From a virus: a DNA stretch of 45,179 bases. The notes under the pieces are model-generated. The model saw only the letters and a program-made list of their open reading frames with translations, made no database searches and was not told the DNA's origin. The stretch lies in the UHGV virus genome UHGV-1374413; one strand, written 5' to 3'. The position numbers were made by a program, and so were the translations under genes. Shown piece by piece: positions 9,400 to 19,469 of this stretch. Each line of letters opens with the position of its first letter. The stretch's first letter is position 1.

Positions 9400-11274
9400 T
9401 TATTTTTTAGTAATAATCTTATTACGAACATCAAATGGTGCTGGTTTATTTGGATAAATTTGTTTAAATGTTTGCTCTTTTTGGTTGCCATATCCTGTTG
9501 AAGTAAACATTTGAACAGCATTATGAGAATGACTAGGTGTGAATTTAACATTAAGTACCATATTCAATACTTTTGCATATCCTTCTTTTCTCATTACGTC
9601 TACCACTGCCATAACTTCGTTTGTACGTTTAACATTATCTGGTGTTGTTGTAGAAAATTGAACAGGTGCCACTGCATGTAACGGAATAGTATGAATGCCA
9701 GCCGGTAATTTGTGTTCAATTTTAAATAATTGACGTCTTCTTGTTTTGCCATTACCACTAAATGGATTGTAGTTTTGTGCAATTCCCGGATTAACCCCGA
9801 ATACTGTATCTTTAGATAACTGAACTGTGATTGATCCATTTAATTCAACAAAACCATTGGCAGTGACTTTAAACCGTTGTTGTGTCATCAACATACGTTG
9901 ATATCCATCTTTGGCGATAAGTGAGAATGGTTTAACGCCAGAATTGTTATAACGACTACTATATACAAACGATTTAACAATAGGTTCGTTTGCTGTTCTT
10001 CCGTTTTGACCATTATATAAGCTCGACAATCTTAAAAGAATATTTCCTAAGTAATATACACTACGCCACATTTCTTCCGCGCCTCTAGGTTTACCAGCAC
10101 GACCTTCATATACTTCAGGTAAGAATGATGTAATGCCTTTCGTGATACCAACCCAATTTGAAAATGACGCTAATGTACTTGAACCCCAAGTAACATAATC
10201 ACCATAATTCGATAATTCCATTAAAAGTTGTGTCATTTCGTTATTAGGTTGATTTGCAAATCTAGGATAGAATAAGCAATAATCACTAACTTGAGATACG
10301 ATGTTGTGGCAATCCATATGTGCTGTAATTTCGTCTAAACTTTCAACGAGTGTTTTCATATTTCTGCTTTCTCGTTCACTAAATACTTTAGAGCCTTTAT
10401 AGTTCTTACCACTCGGACTTTTACCACTACCATTTTCCCAGTAGTAATCAAAGTTACGGTTTAAATCGACATTATTTACATTTTCACGTTCTTGATTAGC
10501 AAATCCCCATGGATTTACGATAGGAACCATGACAATACGCACATTTTTACGTAAATAAGCGAGTTGAGGGTATTTTTCCCACTCATTTACAACTAAGTTC
10601 ATGAAACGGCTCATAGCATAAAATGCGCTATATTCGTTACCGTGAATACAACAAGTGACTAATACTGTTTTACTGTAATGTTCCGGCTCAAATGTATAAC
10701 TATATACGTTGTATTTGTTTGATTGGTCTTTACCAATGTACTTTTTGAAACAATATTTATTATCGACAAACACGTCATAGAACGCTTTTAAGTTTTCAGT
10801 TGGATCATTACTTAATGGCGTTTCGTTTACACCACGTTCAGCACTTTTCATGTAAGGTGGATTAAATAAATATGCAGGGTCGTCAGTAACGTTCAACAAC
10901 TTATCTGTTTCTTCTTCAATGCGTGAAAAATCGTGTTTTAGACGTTCAGACAATAATGGGTGACTTTGACCATCCATAGAAACACGACTGTCACGCACCT
11001 CTTGTTGTCCATTTCCTAAATTGCCTAATACTAAATTTCTAATACGTTCATTTTGATAATGAAGTTCTTTACCAACCGTAATACTAGGACCCGTAGGAAG
11101 TGTATGTTTAATTTGTTCAGATGTGTGTGCTTTCTTCTCTCTTCGACCATGTCTGTCTAATATCATTTCGATATTTGTTAACATATCTCTTGTGGCAATA
11201 AAATTTAACTCATTTTCTCTAACAAAACGAGCGCCAAAGATTGTATCTAAATCGGTATATATCGTTTTTCTCAT
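9400..11274 (-). CDS. Baseplate/minor structural protein containing a zinc carboxypeptidase (M14-like) domain
   Basis: 624 aa. Motifs CIHGNEYSAFYA (HxxE zinc ligands), VNPWGF and NRNFDYYW match M14/succinylglutamate-desuccinylase-type carboxypeptidases. Lies directly after the Tal-like gene in the tail tip module. Confidence 0.65.
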   Translation of the reverse strand: MRKTIYTDLDTIFGARFVRENELNFIATRDMLTNIEMILDRHGRREKKAHTSEQIKHTLPTGPSITVGKELHYQNERIRNLVLGNLGNGQQEVRDSRVSMDGQSHPLLSERLKHDFSRIEEETDKLLNVTDDPAYLFNPPYMKSAERGVNETPLSNDPTENLKAFYDVFVDNKYCFKKYIGKDQSNKYNVYSYTFEPEHYSKTVLVTCCIHGNEYSAFYAMSRFMNLVVNEWEKYPQLAYLRKNVRIVMVPIVNPWGFANQERENVNNVDLNRNFDYYWENGSGKSPSGKNYKGSKVFSERESRNMKTLVESLDEITAHMDCHNIVSQVSDYCLFYPRFANQPNNEMTQLLMELSNYGDYVTWGSSTLASFSNWVGITKGITSFLPEVYEGRAGKPRGAEEMWRSVYYLGNILLRLSSLYNGQNGRTANEPIVKSFVYSSRYNNSGVKPFSLIAKDGYQRMLMTQQRFKVTANGFVELNGSITVQLSKDTVFGVNPGIAQNYNPFSGNGKTRRRQLFKIEHKLPAGIHTIPLHAVAPVQFSTTTPDNVKRTNEVMAVVDVMRKEGYAKVLNMVLNVKFTPSHSHNAVQMFTSTGYGNQKEQTFKQIYPNKPAPFDVRNKIITKK

Positions 11275-11284
11275 GTCAGACCTC

Positions 11285-12532
11285 CTACTTTAGTTTTAAA
11301 TTACCATTGGAATCTACAACGAATTCAGCATTACTCAAATCAACAGCTGTACCGTCTTCTTTAGTAATCCTCATACCTCTACCTTCGCCTTCTTGTTGGC
11401 GTTGTGTAGTTCTAATAGCTGCGTTTGTCTTGGCAGTTGTTACTTTATATGTGTTGACGAAACTACTTCGTCCTCCTAATCCACCAACTGCCGCCGCTGC
11501 TTCACTTACACGCTTTTTATATCTATCCACACGTTTGAAATCTCCTAGAGTAACGTCTTGTTTGACAATAACATTGTCTTTATCCCTTACTGTTTTTACA
11601 TCAACGATACGAACAAATTCATTAATACCTAATATGGAGTGGTTAATCTTAACGATATCAGCTACTTTAGGAACAGCGTTTGGATAGTGTCTATTCAGAG
11701 CAATGAAATCTAAACTAATTGATGTTTTAACTGAACTTTCGATTAATGATTGAAGTTTTTGGTGCATCACTTCTTCATCTTTGATACGACCATCCTTAAT
11801 TGGTGGCGCATCATAACGACCATAGTCTTTCATATCAGGGTGCTCAAATTTCATAATGAGTCCAGCCCCTTTAATACCATCATCATCATCATAATCACCG
11901 TAACCAACAGCGTATGTGTATAACTCACTACTATCTTCTTCAACCTTCATATTATTAGCATTGATTTCGTCGTCTATGTGATAAGTAGCATCTTTACTCA
12001 AAAAAGGTGTGAATACGAATGTGTAAGTCTTTTTCTTGCTATCGAACTCAATGTCGAATTCTACATCGAAGTGACTACAAAATTTCTTAATCAAATCTTC
12101 TAAACTTTCACCTTCGCCAGCATCTTCAAATCGAGATGAACCAAGGGAACCGTTTATTCTATACTTCAATTTAGTACCGCTGAAAATACGTCTAAGGAAG
12201 TTGTCAGCTGTAAAACTACCGTCTATCGTATCGTAAACACGAGTGTGTTTAATGATGTCTAATGGTTTATAACGACAAGAAACAGACACACGTTGTTTCT
12301 TACCATGTGTCTGTCTGTCGATAATAAATACTACATATTCTCTTTTATCCTTTGGGCCTTGTACTCTTGAAATCGTCCATCTTTTTTGTAAACCTCTGAC
12401 AATTTGATAATTAAACTCATCTTCAACAATTTCGAATTGTAATATTATGTCAGAACCAAGTTTAGATGTTTCGGTAGTAGACACGTACAACGGAATACTA
12501 CGCCCACGTATTGGAGTAACTAATATTGACAT
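11285..12532 (-). CDS. Tail-associated lysin/tail tip protein (Tal-like, N-terminal gp27-like portion)
   Basis: 415 aa. Position immediately after Dit. Acidic DYDDDDG loop. Typical Tal N-terminal domain organisation. Confidence 0.6.
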   Translation of the reverse strand: MSILVTPIRGRSIPLYVSTTETSKLGSDIILQFEIVEDEFNYQIVRGLQKRWTISRVQGPKDKREYVVFIIDRQTHGKKQRVSVSCRYKPLDIIKHTRVYDTIDGSFTADNFLRRIFSGTKLKYRINGSLGSSRFEDAGEGESLEDLIKKFCSHFDVEFDIEFDSKKKTYTFVFTPFLSKDATYHIDDEINANNMKVEEDSSELYTYAVGYGDYDDDDGIKGAGLIMKFEHPDMKDYGRYDAPPIKDGRIKDEEVMHQKLQSLIESSVKTSISLDFIALNRHYPNAVPKVADIVKINHSILGINEFVRIVDVKTVRDKDNVIVKQDVTLGDFKRVDRYKKRVSEAAAAVGGLGGRSSFVNTYKVTTAKTNAAIRTTQRQQEGEGRGMRITKEDGTAVDLSNAEFVVDSNGNLKLK

Positions 12533-12541
12533 GTCTACACC

Positions 12542-13498
12542 TCACAAGTAATAAAATTTCAAGTCAAATGTCACTGATTTAACTTGCTGATTAAATTCAA
12601 AGTTATTCCAACCGGGATAAAACTTTGGTTGTGCGTTTGACGCTAGATCATTAATAGGAATACCGTTTCTAAACGTCTGTACACCATCATAGACAATCTT
12701 GTCGCCTTTTTTTAAGTTAGCCCCTTCAATTGTCATAACATCACTGCTACCTAGCGTAAATTGGAATATCTCTGATGCTTTAACACTTTTTCCTAATACA
12801 ATTGTTACTTTTTTGAATAAGTTGAATTGGTCATTAGGTACATTCCCGTGATAGTACACTGAACTGTTATATACATTAGTGAATGTATATTTACGACGCA
12901 TATTTTCTTCGTCAAAAGGAATTAACATATCATTCGACCACAATTCTCTATCAGGTCGTTTCTCTAATGCCAATGACGTTCCAATACTTTCGGCAAATGG
13001 AAGTTCTACTGTTTCAAATTTAATTGAGAAGTTAATTTTACGCCCGTTCTCTTCGGGTACGATTACATCCGAACACATAACTTGATATTGTTTACCATTC
13101 ACATAATGATTATTGTTAAATGGCTCATGATTAAACACTAAATTGTTGTATTCGTCTATCTCTTGATAGTCGCGTTCAGTAGGTTGTATGAAACGATAGT
13201 TAAGTGGAACTGTCCGTCTTAACTCTCTAATATAAATAGGTTCATTACTATTAGTTAGCGAGTAAAACTCATCTCGTAAACGTGAATTATCGTTTAGTTT
13301 AGTAGAAACTACATAACAATCAACTGTGATATTTCGTTTACGATACTGACTACTTAGAAGAATACGACCACTTGTATTTTCTTTTTTCTCATAATCTGTT
13401 TCTTTTTCAATACTTTCAACGGTAACATTCGTCACTTTGAAACCGAAGTCGCCCAAAGTATAACGTTGTCCGTTTCTTTTCTTAATTTCTATATCCAT
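12542..13498 (-). CDS. Distal tail protein (Dit)
   Basis: 318 aa, immediately downstream of the tape measure gene, as in siphovirus tail modules. Confidence 0.7.
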   Translation of the reverse strand: MDIEIKKRNGQRYTLGDFGFKVTNVTVESIEKETDYEKKENTSGRILLSSQYRKRNITVDCYVVSTKLNDNSRLRDEFYSLTNSNEPIYIRELRRTVPLNYRFIQPTERDYQEIDEYNNLVFNHEPFNNNHYVNGKQYQVMCSDVIVPEENGRKINFSIKFETVELPFAESIGTSLALEKRPDRELWSNDMLIPFDEENMRRKYTFTNVYNSSVYYHGNVPNDQFNLFKKVTIVLGKSVKASEIFQFTLGSSDVMTIEGANLKKGDKIVYDGVQTFRNGIPINDLASNAQPKFYPGWNNFEFNQQVKSVTFDLKFYYL

Positions 13499-13510
13499 TG
13501 AACGACCTCC

Positions 13511-16500
13511 TTAGAATGAAAATACCGTATCATCATTTGCAGTTTGACCATTCACAATCGTTGCTAATGCTTCGTTGTTAACGTCCATTTCAATACGAAC
13601 AACACGTTGTGAAGGGTTTGTTTGAATAGTATGTGTATGTTGGACTTGAGCGTTCATATTAGCGTTTACTTTCTTCATGTTGGCAGTTATGTCTGGAATG
13701 GCTAAATTACTATTAAACGCGTCTGTAATACTATTAGCCATGCTACCCATACCACCGATAACATTTTTACCTTCTTTATTAATTCCGATGCCTAAACCTT
13801 CCATAGTCCATACACCGTATTGTTTAAATAATTTAGAAGGTGAACCAATGTGTAAAGCGCTTTTAGCAGCATTCACTGCACCCATTACTACATTTTTTGC
13901 AACAGATGCAACTTGTCCTGCCATTGCTTTAATACCGTTAATAAGTCCCATGATTAAATCACGACCAACAGAAACCATATGACCGATAAAACTACGTGCA
14001 GCACTTACTGCATTTGATACACCTGACGTTACTGAACTAACCACATTAGACATTCCTGAAATGACAGAATTTACAATTCCGGACATCGCCGAGCCAACTG
14101 CGCTAAGCATGTTAGAAAAACCACTCGATACAAAGCTAACTGCTCTTGATACCGCGTTAGTAATAAAACTAACGATTGATGACCAAATGCTTGAAATCAA
14201 GCTAGAAATGGCACTCATGATTGATGAAGTGACACTCATTAGCGACGACCAACCACTTGATACGAACGAAATGATGCTTGATACAATCGAAGTGATAATA
14301 TTAACAATAGCTGACCAAATAGCGCTTATGAATGCAGAAATTGCAGACATGATTGCGCTTGTTACTGATAAAAGTAAACTCCAACCAGCTTGAACGAAAC
14401 TTACTATACTTTGAACCACTGTTGTAATCACAGTAACTAACGTAGTCCAAATTGTTTGAGCAACTGTAACAAGCAACGTCCAGAAAGTTTGAGCTACTGT
14501 AACAATGGTTTGCCATATAGTTGATAAGAACACACCTAATGTTTGGACTACCGTAACGATTGTAGTAACAATCATTTGCCAAATTGTGGAAGCCACTGTG
14601 ACTAAAGTCGTCCAAATCGTTTGAGCGGTAGTGACAATAGAAGTCCATAAATTCATTAGGAATACACCTAATTGAACGACCACTGTTAATACTGCGCTAA
14701 CGATTGCTTGCCAAATTTGACTAGCCAAACTGATTAATGGTTCAAATATTTGAGAAAAGCCATTCACAATATTTTGCCATGTTTGTTGTAAATAATCTCC
14801 TAGGATTTGCCAAATATTTTTAGCCATATCTACAATGGCTTGCCAAATATCTGCGCCGACTTTTGATATAGTTTCCCATGCACCAGACCAATCACCAGAT
14901 AAGATTTGAAGTAACGCAGTAATTGTGCCAAGAATAACTTCCATTGCTATTTTAACTACCGCTTTAATTATTTCCCATGCCACTTTAATGACGCTAACTA
15001 TCGTATTAAACGCTTGAGATACGATAGGTGTTAGTAATTTAACTGCTGTTTCAACAACTTTTACTATAATATCCCATGTGTTTTTAAATAAAGGAACTAA
15101 TGGCGCTAAGATTGATTGCGCTTCATTCCATAAGTCTTGTAAGAAACCGATAACCGCATGAATAGCATCTCCAACTGCACTAGAAATCGCATTCCATGCG
15201 TCTGTAACTGCATTTCGCAATACAGAAGAAGATTTCCACAATGCAACAAATACAGCGATTACTGCTACTACTGCTGCTATTACTATGCCTACCGGACCAG
15301 ATAACGCTGCAAGTACGCCACCTAAAAATTCTATAGCGCCCATGACAACGCTAATTATTCCACTTAAACCACCGAATGTAGTAATAAGAGGGATAATTAC
15401 TTGAGTTACAAAAATGAACGCTGGTGCTAATGCCATTAATATTCCAGCTAACGTTGCTACGATTCCTACAATCATACCAATAATCGGACTAGCTTCTGTT
15501 AGTTTCCCTATAAACTTGGTAATAGCTAACGCTACATCTAAAACTACTGATGCTAATGGAGCCATAGCTACACCGACATTAATAAGAATATTGATGATAT
15601 TACCTAATAATTGGATAAGTTTAGGTCCGTTCTCTTGAACGTATTCAATGAACTTTTTAAATCCGTCACTCTCTGCAATCGTTGCACTCCATTGTTCAAA
15701 TTGCTTAGCCATATCTGCTAAACCTTGTAATACTAAATGAGTGTTAGGAGCAAATGCTTTCATTAAGTTGAATATACCTCTAAATGTTGAACCGAATATC
15801 TGACCTATCAATGGCAAATTCTGTTTAGTATATTCAATGAATGACTTAATCGCATTTTGTCCTTCAACTGACTGCGCCCACTCATTAAATGCTTGTCCCA
15901 TTTTCTTAAAGCCTTGCGATACCCATTCGGCTAATGGAGCAATTTGTGTAAGTACACTAACTAAACCACTACCAAATGAGCCGGCAGCATCTAACATATT
16001 GTTAAATATTCTTACGCCAGTTGTACCCATCATCTCGAAGAACTTCTGTGCTACTTGTGAGTTTTTAGCCCAATTAAGCATTTTAGCACTTGCTTGTTCC
16101 ATTCCTTTAGATACACCGTTGATAAATGGTGTAAGTCCAGCTAACGCAACTTTAGCAGTATCAATCGCATTTGCTAATGTATTAAAGATTTGTGCTTGAT
16201 TTTGTTTAATAAGGTCTGCCCATGCACCTTTTAAACTTTCTAATGAAGCCTCGTAACGTTCAGTTTCTCTAGTTGCTTCTAATGTACCGTCTGATAACAT
16301 TTTTAAAGCACTGATGCCCATAGCACCAAATGCTACTGCACCTGCGCCAGCTACACCAAATGCACCAGCTACACCTAGCGCACCACCGGCAACTACGCCT
16401 AATGCATTCAATACCGCCATTAGTGCCGGTACTACACTTGCGATTGCTGGAACGAGTAACGAAATGTTAGAAAGTAACGAACCTTTAATCATGTTCCCAA

Positions 16501-17287
16501 ACACTGTTCCAAATGATCTAATATCATTTGCTAAGCTATCTAATGAATTACTGTAATCTTCTAAACCTTTGTGTAGTTGTTTAAAGAAAGCCATTGCTGA
16601 ATTTCCATCTACATCAAGCCGAGTACGATGTCGGTTAGGGATAGAACGTAGCATAGCTTTAAACGCTTTTATGTGAGCAATAGCACCTGCGCTATCAACT
16701 TCAAGATTAGCTTTAGCTTTTTGATGAGCGAAGTCATTTAGCTGTTTCTTAGCCATTTTAATATGTTCTCTTGCTCTAGTTGCATCTGCATCTAATGTTG
16801 CTGAATACTTGCTACCGTCGATACTATCTAGGTTATGTTGCAATTCAGAAATATGCGTAATAGCTTTTCTAATGTTTACATCAGCGTCTGCTTCTGCATT
16901 TGAATTATCATACATATCTAAATAATTCTGTATTTTCTTAATATTTGCAGTAGCTTTAGATACATCGGCATCTAACTCTGCATCACCACGATAAGCATCG
17001 AATTTTTCAACCAACGACTTAGCCTGTGCGACTTTTTCTCTAACATCAGAAATATCTGCGTCAAGTTCTGCATCTGCATGAGTATTATCAAAGCCTTTTA
17101 CGGCATCTCTTGCTGCTTTGACTGCTTTCATTACGCCTGATGAGTCGCCATCTAATTTAGTATCTTTGATTGATTCCTGTGTTTTCTTAAAGTTTTGAGC
17201 CACTTTCTTAGCTGATTGGATAGCACTTTTAAATTTACGTGTGTTCGCCTCAATCTGCGCTTTAATACTATAATTTGCTTCTGCCAC
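13511..17287 (-). CDS. Tail tape measure protein
   Basis: 1258 aa, largest gene. Coiled-coil N-terminus, hydrophobic Gly/Ala-rich central region, and tandem ~11-aa repeats (TIWTTLVTVAQ, QTFWTLLVTVA). Positioned after the G/GT chaperones. Confidence 0.9.
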   Translation of the reverse strand: MAEANYSIKAQIEANTRKFKSAIQSAKKVAQNFKKTQESIKDTKLDGDSSGVMKAVKAARDAVKGFDNTHADAELDADISDVREKVAQAKSLVEKFDAYRGDAELDADVSKATANIKKIQNYLDMYDNSNAEADADVNIRKAITHISELQHNLDSIDGSKYSATLDADATRAREHIKMAKKQLNDFAHQKAKANLEVDSAGAIAHIKAFKAMLRSIPNRHRTRLDVDGNSAMAFFKQLHKGLEDYSNSLDSLANDIRSFGTVFGNMIKGSLLSNISLLVPAIASVVPALMAVLNALGVVAGGALGVAGAFGVAGAGAVAFGAMGISALKMLSDGTLEATRETERYEASLESLKGAWADLIKQNQAQIFNTLANAIDTAKVALAGLTPFINGVSKGMEQASAKMLNWAKNSQVAQKFFEMMGTTGVRIFNNMLDAAGSFGSGLVSVLTQIAPLAEWVSQGFKKMGQAFNEWAQSVEGQNAIKSFIEYTKQNLPLIGQIFGSTFRGIFNLMKAFAPNTHLVLQGLADMAKQFEQWSATIAESDGFKKFIEYVQENGPKLIQLLGNIINILINVGVAMAPLASVVLDVALAITKFIGKLTEASPIIGMIVGIVATLAGILMALAPAFIFVTQVIIPLITTFGGLSGIISVVMGAIEFLGGVLAALSGPVGIVIAAVVAVIAVFVALWKSSSVLRNAVTDAWNAISSAVGDAIHAVIGFLQDLWNEAQSILAPLVPLFKNTWDIIVKVVETAVKLLTPIVSQAFNTIVSVIKVAWEIIKAVVKIAMEVILGTITALLQILSGDWSGAWETISKVGADIWQAIVDMAKNIWQILGDYLQQTWQNIVNGFSQIFEPLISLASQIWQAIVSAVLTVVVQLGVFLMNLWTSIVTTAQTIWTTLVTVASTIWQMIVTTIVTVVQTLGVFLSTIWQTIVTVAQTFWTLLVTVAQTIWTTLVTVITTVVQSIVSFVQAGWSLLLSVTSAIMSAISAFISAIWSAIVNIITSIVSSIISFVSSGWSSLMSVTSSIMSAISSLISSIWSSIVSFITNAVSRAVSFVSSGFSNMLSAVGSAMSGIVNSVISGMSNVVSSVTSGVSNAVSAARSFIGHMVSVGRDLIMGLINGIKAMAGQVASVAKNVVMGAVNAAKSALHIGSPSKLFKQYGVWTMEGLGIGINKEGKNVIGGMGSMANSITDAFNSNLAIPDITANMKKVNANMNAQVQHTHTIQTNPSQRVVRIEMDVNNEALATIVNGQTANDDTVFSF

Positions 17288-17291
17288 GTTA

Positions 17292-17648
17292 TCACTCCTT
17301 TCTTAAAGAATTGTTGTGATTTGCAATCATTTTGAGCAAATCAGATGGTGCATTAACTTCTTGTTTGGAGTCTGAACCAAATTTGAGAGGTTCTCCTCTA
17401 TTAAGACGTTTGACGTTTTCTTCGTAGTCCATGATGTCGTTAGCACTTCTAAAACGATACTCAGTTTCTTCCTTTTTGCCACCACGTTTCTTTTGTTCAG
17501 CCTGAGCGTCACGTATAGCAAAAGCAAGTTTGTACATATCCATATCTTTATCAAGTTGTTCATACTCGAGTGCATACATACGATAGTTAAACTCTCTGAG
17601 CGTCATCATCTCTATTCTGTGCAAGTCATATATCTTTAGTTTGCTCAT
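17292..17648 (-). CDS. Tail assembly chaperone C-terminal extension (T part of a G/GT-like product), probably expressed by -1 frameshifting from the upstream ORF
   Basis: Its reading frame is open upstream across the end of 17690..18055 with no stop. It is the -1 frame relative to the upstream ORF. Position between the major tail and tape measure genes. Confidence 0.5.
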   Translation of the reverse strand: MSKLKIYDLHRIEMMTLREFNYRMYALEYEQLDKDMDMYKLAFAIRDAQAEQKKRGGKKEETEYRFRSANDIMDYEENVKRLNRGEPLKFGSDSKQEVNAPSDLLKMIANHNNSLRKE

Positions 17649-17689
17649 ACAAACGACAACTACTCTATCAAACGTTAATATATCGTCAT

Positions 17690-18055
17690 CTACTTGCTTT
17701 TCTTCTTCTCTTGTTTGTATTCGTCTGGCACTAGGTTTTGGGTTAAAGGTCTCTTTCCCAATTCTTCGATGATTTGTTCGCTAAAAGTATCAATACCTTC
17801 GTTTTCTGCGATATCTTCTAAAACTGTTTCTAATTCTTCATCAGTTTGTGGTTTCTTTTTATGATGAGCAGTTGCTGATTTAATCACTTTAGATAATGCA
17901 ACAATATTTCCGTTTTGTAGGTTAGGTACTAACATGTTTAAACCTTGACCGATTGTCATTTGTTCTACTTCTAAGCCTAATTCTTTATCAATTTTGTTTA
18001 AAAAACCTAACCCGAATGATAATTCTAATTCTTTATCTTTAAAATTAATGTGCAT
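17690..18055 (-). CDS. Tail assembly chaperone (gpG-like)
   Basis: 121 aa, acidic, between the major tail protein and tape measure. Confidence 0.65.
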   Translation of the reverse strand: MHINFKDKELELSFGLGFLNKIDKELGLEVEQMTIGQGLNMLVPNLQNGNIVALSKVIKSATAHHKKKPQTDEELETVLEDIAENEGIDTFSEQIIEELGKRPLTQNLVPDEYKQEKKKSK

Positions 18056-18088
18056 AAATTAAATACCTCACTTATTTTTTTTATTTGC

Positions 18089-18120
18089 GCAAATAAAAAA
18101 GAGGGGATATTCCCCTCATG
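18089..18120 (-). terminator. Rho-independent terminator after the major tail protein gene
   Basis: Hairpin GAGGGGAAUAUCCCCUC followed by UUUUUUAUUU on the minus strand. The adjacent ATTTGCGCAAAT is also palindromic. Confidence 0.6.
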
Positions 18121-18121
18121 T

Positions 18122-18667
18122 TTATACAGTTTCAGCTTCTGTTGGTTGTGGAATGCTTTCAGCCAAACCGTCGTCTGCTGGATCAGCTGCAATAGTATCG
18201 TGGAAGCCATAAGCAGCTTTGTTTGCTTCGATTGCTTGCGGTAATGTAGCATAACCACGTTGTTTTTTAAGATAAACGCCAAATTCTGTTTCGAATTCAG
18301 CGATACCGTCTGCTTCATTCGTACGAGTGATACTGTTCCAGTAACCCTGTCTATATTCAGCTTTATATTTACCTTCACTATTTTTAACACGTTTGTTGAT
18401 TACCCATAATTCGTATGGTGTATCATCTTCTGTTGCGTCTTCGATTTCATCGCATAACGTGTCTTTTTGGTCCATGTAGCAATTGATTGTTACAGTAGAT
18501 TCTAATGTACCACCAGAGTTTACAGAACCATCAAATGTAGCTTCTGTATCTCTGTCTTTTTCAGTTTCACGTTCTAATTCAGTAACTAACATTACTTTGT
18601 TAGCGTCTTTTTTGTCGCCGACTTTACGAATTAAAACTAATTCATCAGTACCTTGTTTTGTTGGCAT
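18122..18667 (-). CDS. Major tail protein
   Basis: 181 aa. Position and composition match phi11-type major tail proteins. Confidence 0.75.
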   Translation of the reverse strand: MPTKQGTDELVLIRKVGDKKDANKVMLVTELERETEKDRDTEATFDGSVNSGGTLESTVTINCYMDQKDTLCDEIEDATEDDTPYELWVINKRVKNSEGKYKAEYRQGYWNSITRTNEADGIAEFETEFGVYLKKQRGYATLPQAIEANKAAYGFHDTIAADPADDGLAESIPQPTEAETV

Positions 18668-18712
18668 AGGTTAAATACCTCCTAAATTTTTGTATTAAAA
18701 AAGCAAGCCTGT

Positions 18713-19102
18713 TTAGTGGCTTGCGTACTCTACACTTATGGTTGTATGTGACAACGTTTGATTAGTTTCTTGTTCTGTACTTTCATTCACACTGATTTGA
18801 GGGAGTGTCAATGTATATCCGTCAAGTTCTATCTCATCTAGTAGGATAGATTGAACTCGAATGTATAACTCATCATTCTTACCTTTATCATCTTCTGTAC
18901 ACCAAATATGGATAATTGCAGTAGGACTACCACTGTAACTGTCAAAAGTTAAACGGTGTATATCATCTCTAATAGATTGAATAGCGATGAAGGGATAAGG
19001 TAATGCTTGATTAAGTTCGCTTGTGCGAATGATAGGCACGCCAAGTTCTTCAAACTTTGTATAAAGATAATTGAACAATTGTAAATTCACTGATTGCTTC
19101 AT
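18713..19102 (-). CDS. Tail completion/terminator-like protein
   Basis: 129 aa, position between head-tail joining genes and the major tail protein. Confidence 0.5.
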   Translation of the reverse strand: MKQSVNLQLFNYLYTKFEELGVPIIRTSELNQALPYPFIAIQSIRDDIHRLTFDSYSGSPTAIIHIWCTEDDKGKNDELYIRVQSILLDEIELDGYTLTLPQISVNESTEQETNQTLSHTTISVEYASH

Positions 19103-19112
19103 CGCATACCTC

Positions 19113-19469
19113 CTAACCGTTAATTAATCTTTCGAGGTCTGCTCTGACTTTTTTAGTGAACTCTTGGTAGACTGGGAACATAAACGTTTCTGGTTCCATG
19201 TAACGAGTACCGTATTCAAGGAAAGATGAATAACCAGCTTTAGAAGTGATACCGTATTTAAGATGTCCTTCTTTAGCATCTTCAACCATTCTTGCTAAGT
19301 TACCAGTCCAATAACCTTTGTTCATTACTTCTTTAGCAGTTTTAACTGTGTCTGTACTAAATTCAATCGCATTGTTTTGCAGCACTTCATCCACATCATC
19401 ATCAATATCATTGTGCATTCGGTCAAAATCTCTGATTAAGTCGTCTAAATCTCCACCACCGAAACGCAT
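19113..19469 (-). CDS. Head-tail joining protein (HK97 gp10-like)
   Basis: 118 aa, gene-order inference. Confidence 0.5.
   Translation of the reverse strand: MRFGGGDLDDLIRDFDRMHNDIDDDVDEVLQNNAIEFSTDTVKTAKEVMNKGYWTGNLARMVEDAKEGHLKYGITSKAGYSSFLEYGTRYMEPETFMFPVYQEFTKKVRADLERLING

Noticed and set aside
11285-12532. Whether the 415-aa Tal-like ORF and the following 624-aa ORF are one gene split by a frameshift
   Set aside because: The downstream gene has its own start context and a clear stop/start arrangement. Nothing indicates frame continuity, so they are kept as separate genes.
13677-16556. Several 60-120-aa plus/minus ORFs inside the tape measure gene (13677.., 14061.., 14301.., 15414.., 15837.., 16314..)
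   Set aside because: They are entirely nested in the 1258-aa tape measure frame, lack RBS, and have Ala/Thr/Ile-rich translations typical of alternative frames of a repetitive gene.
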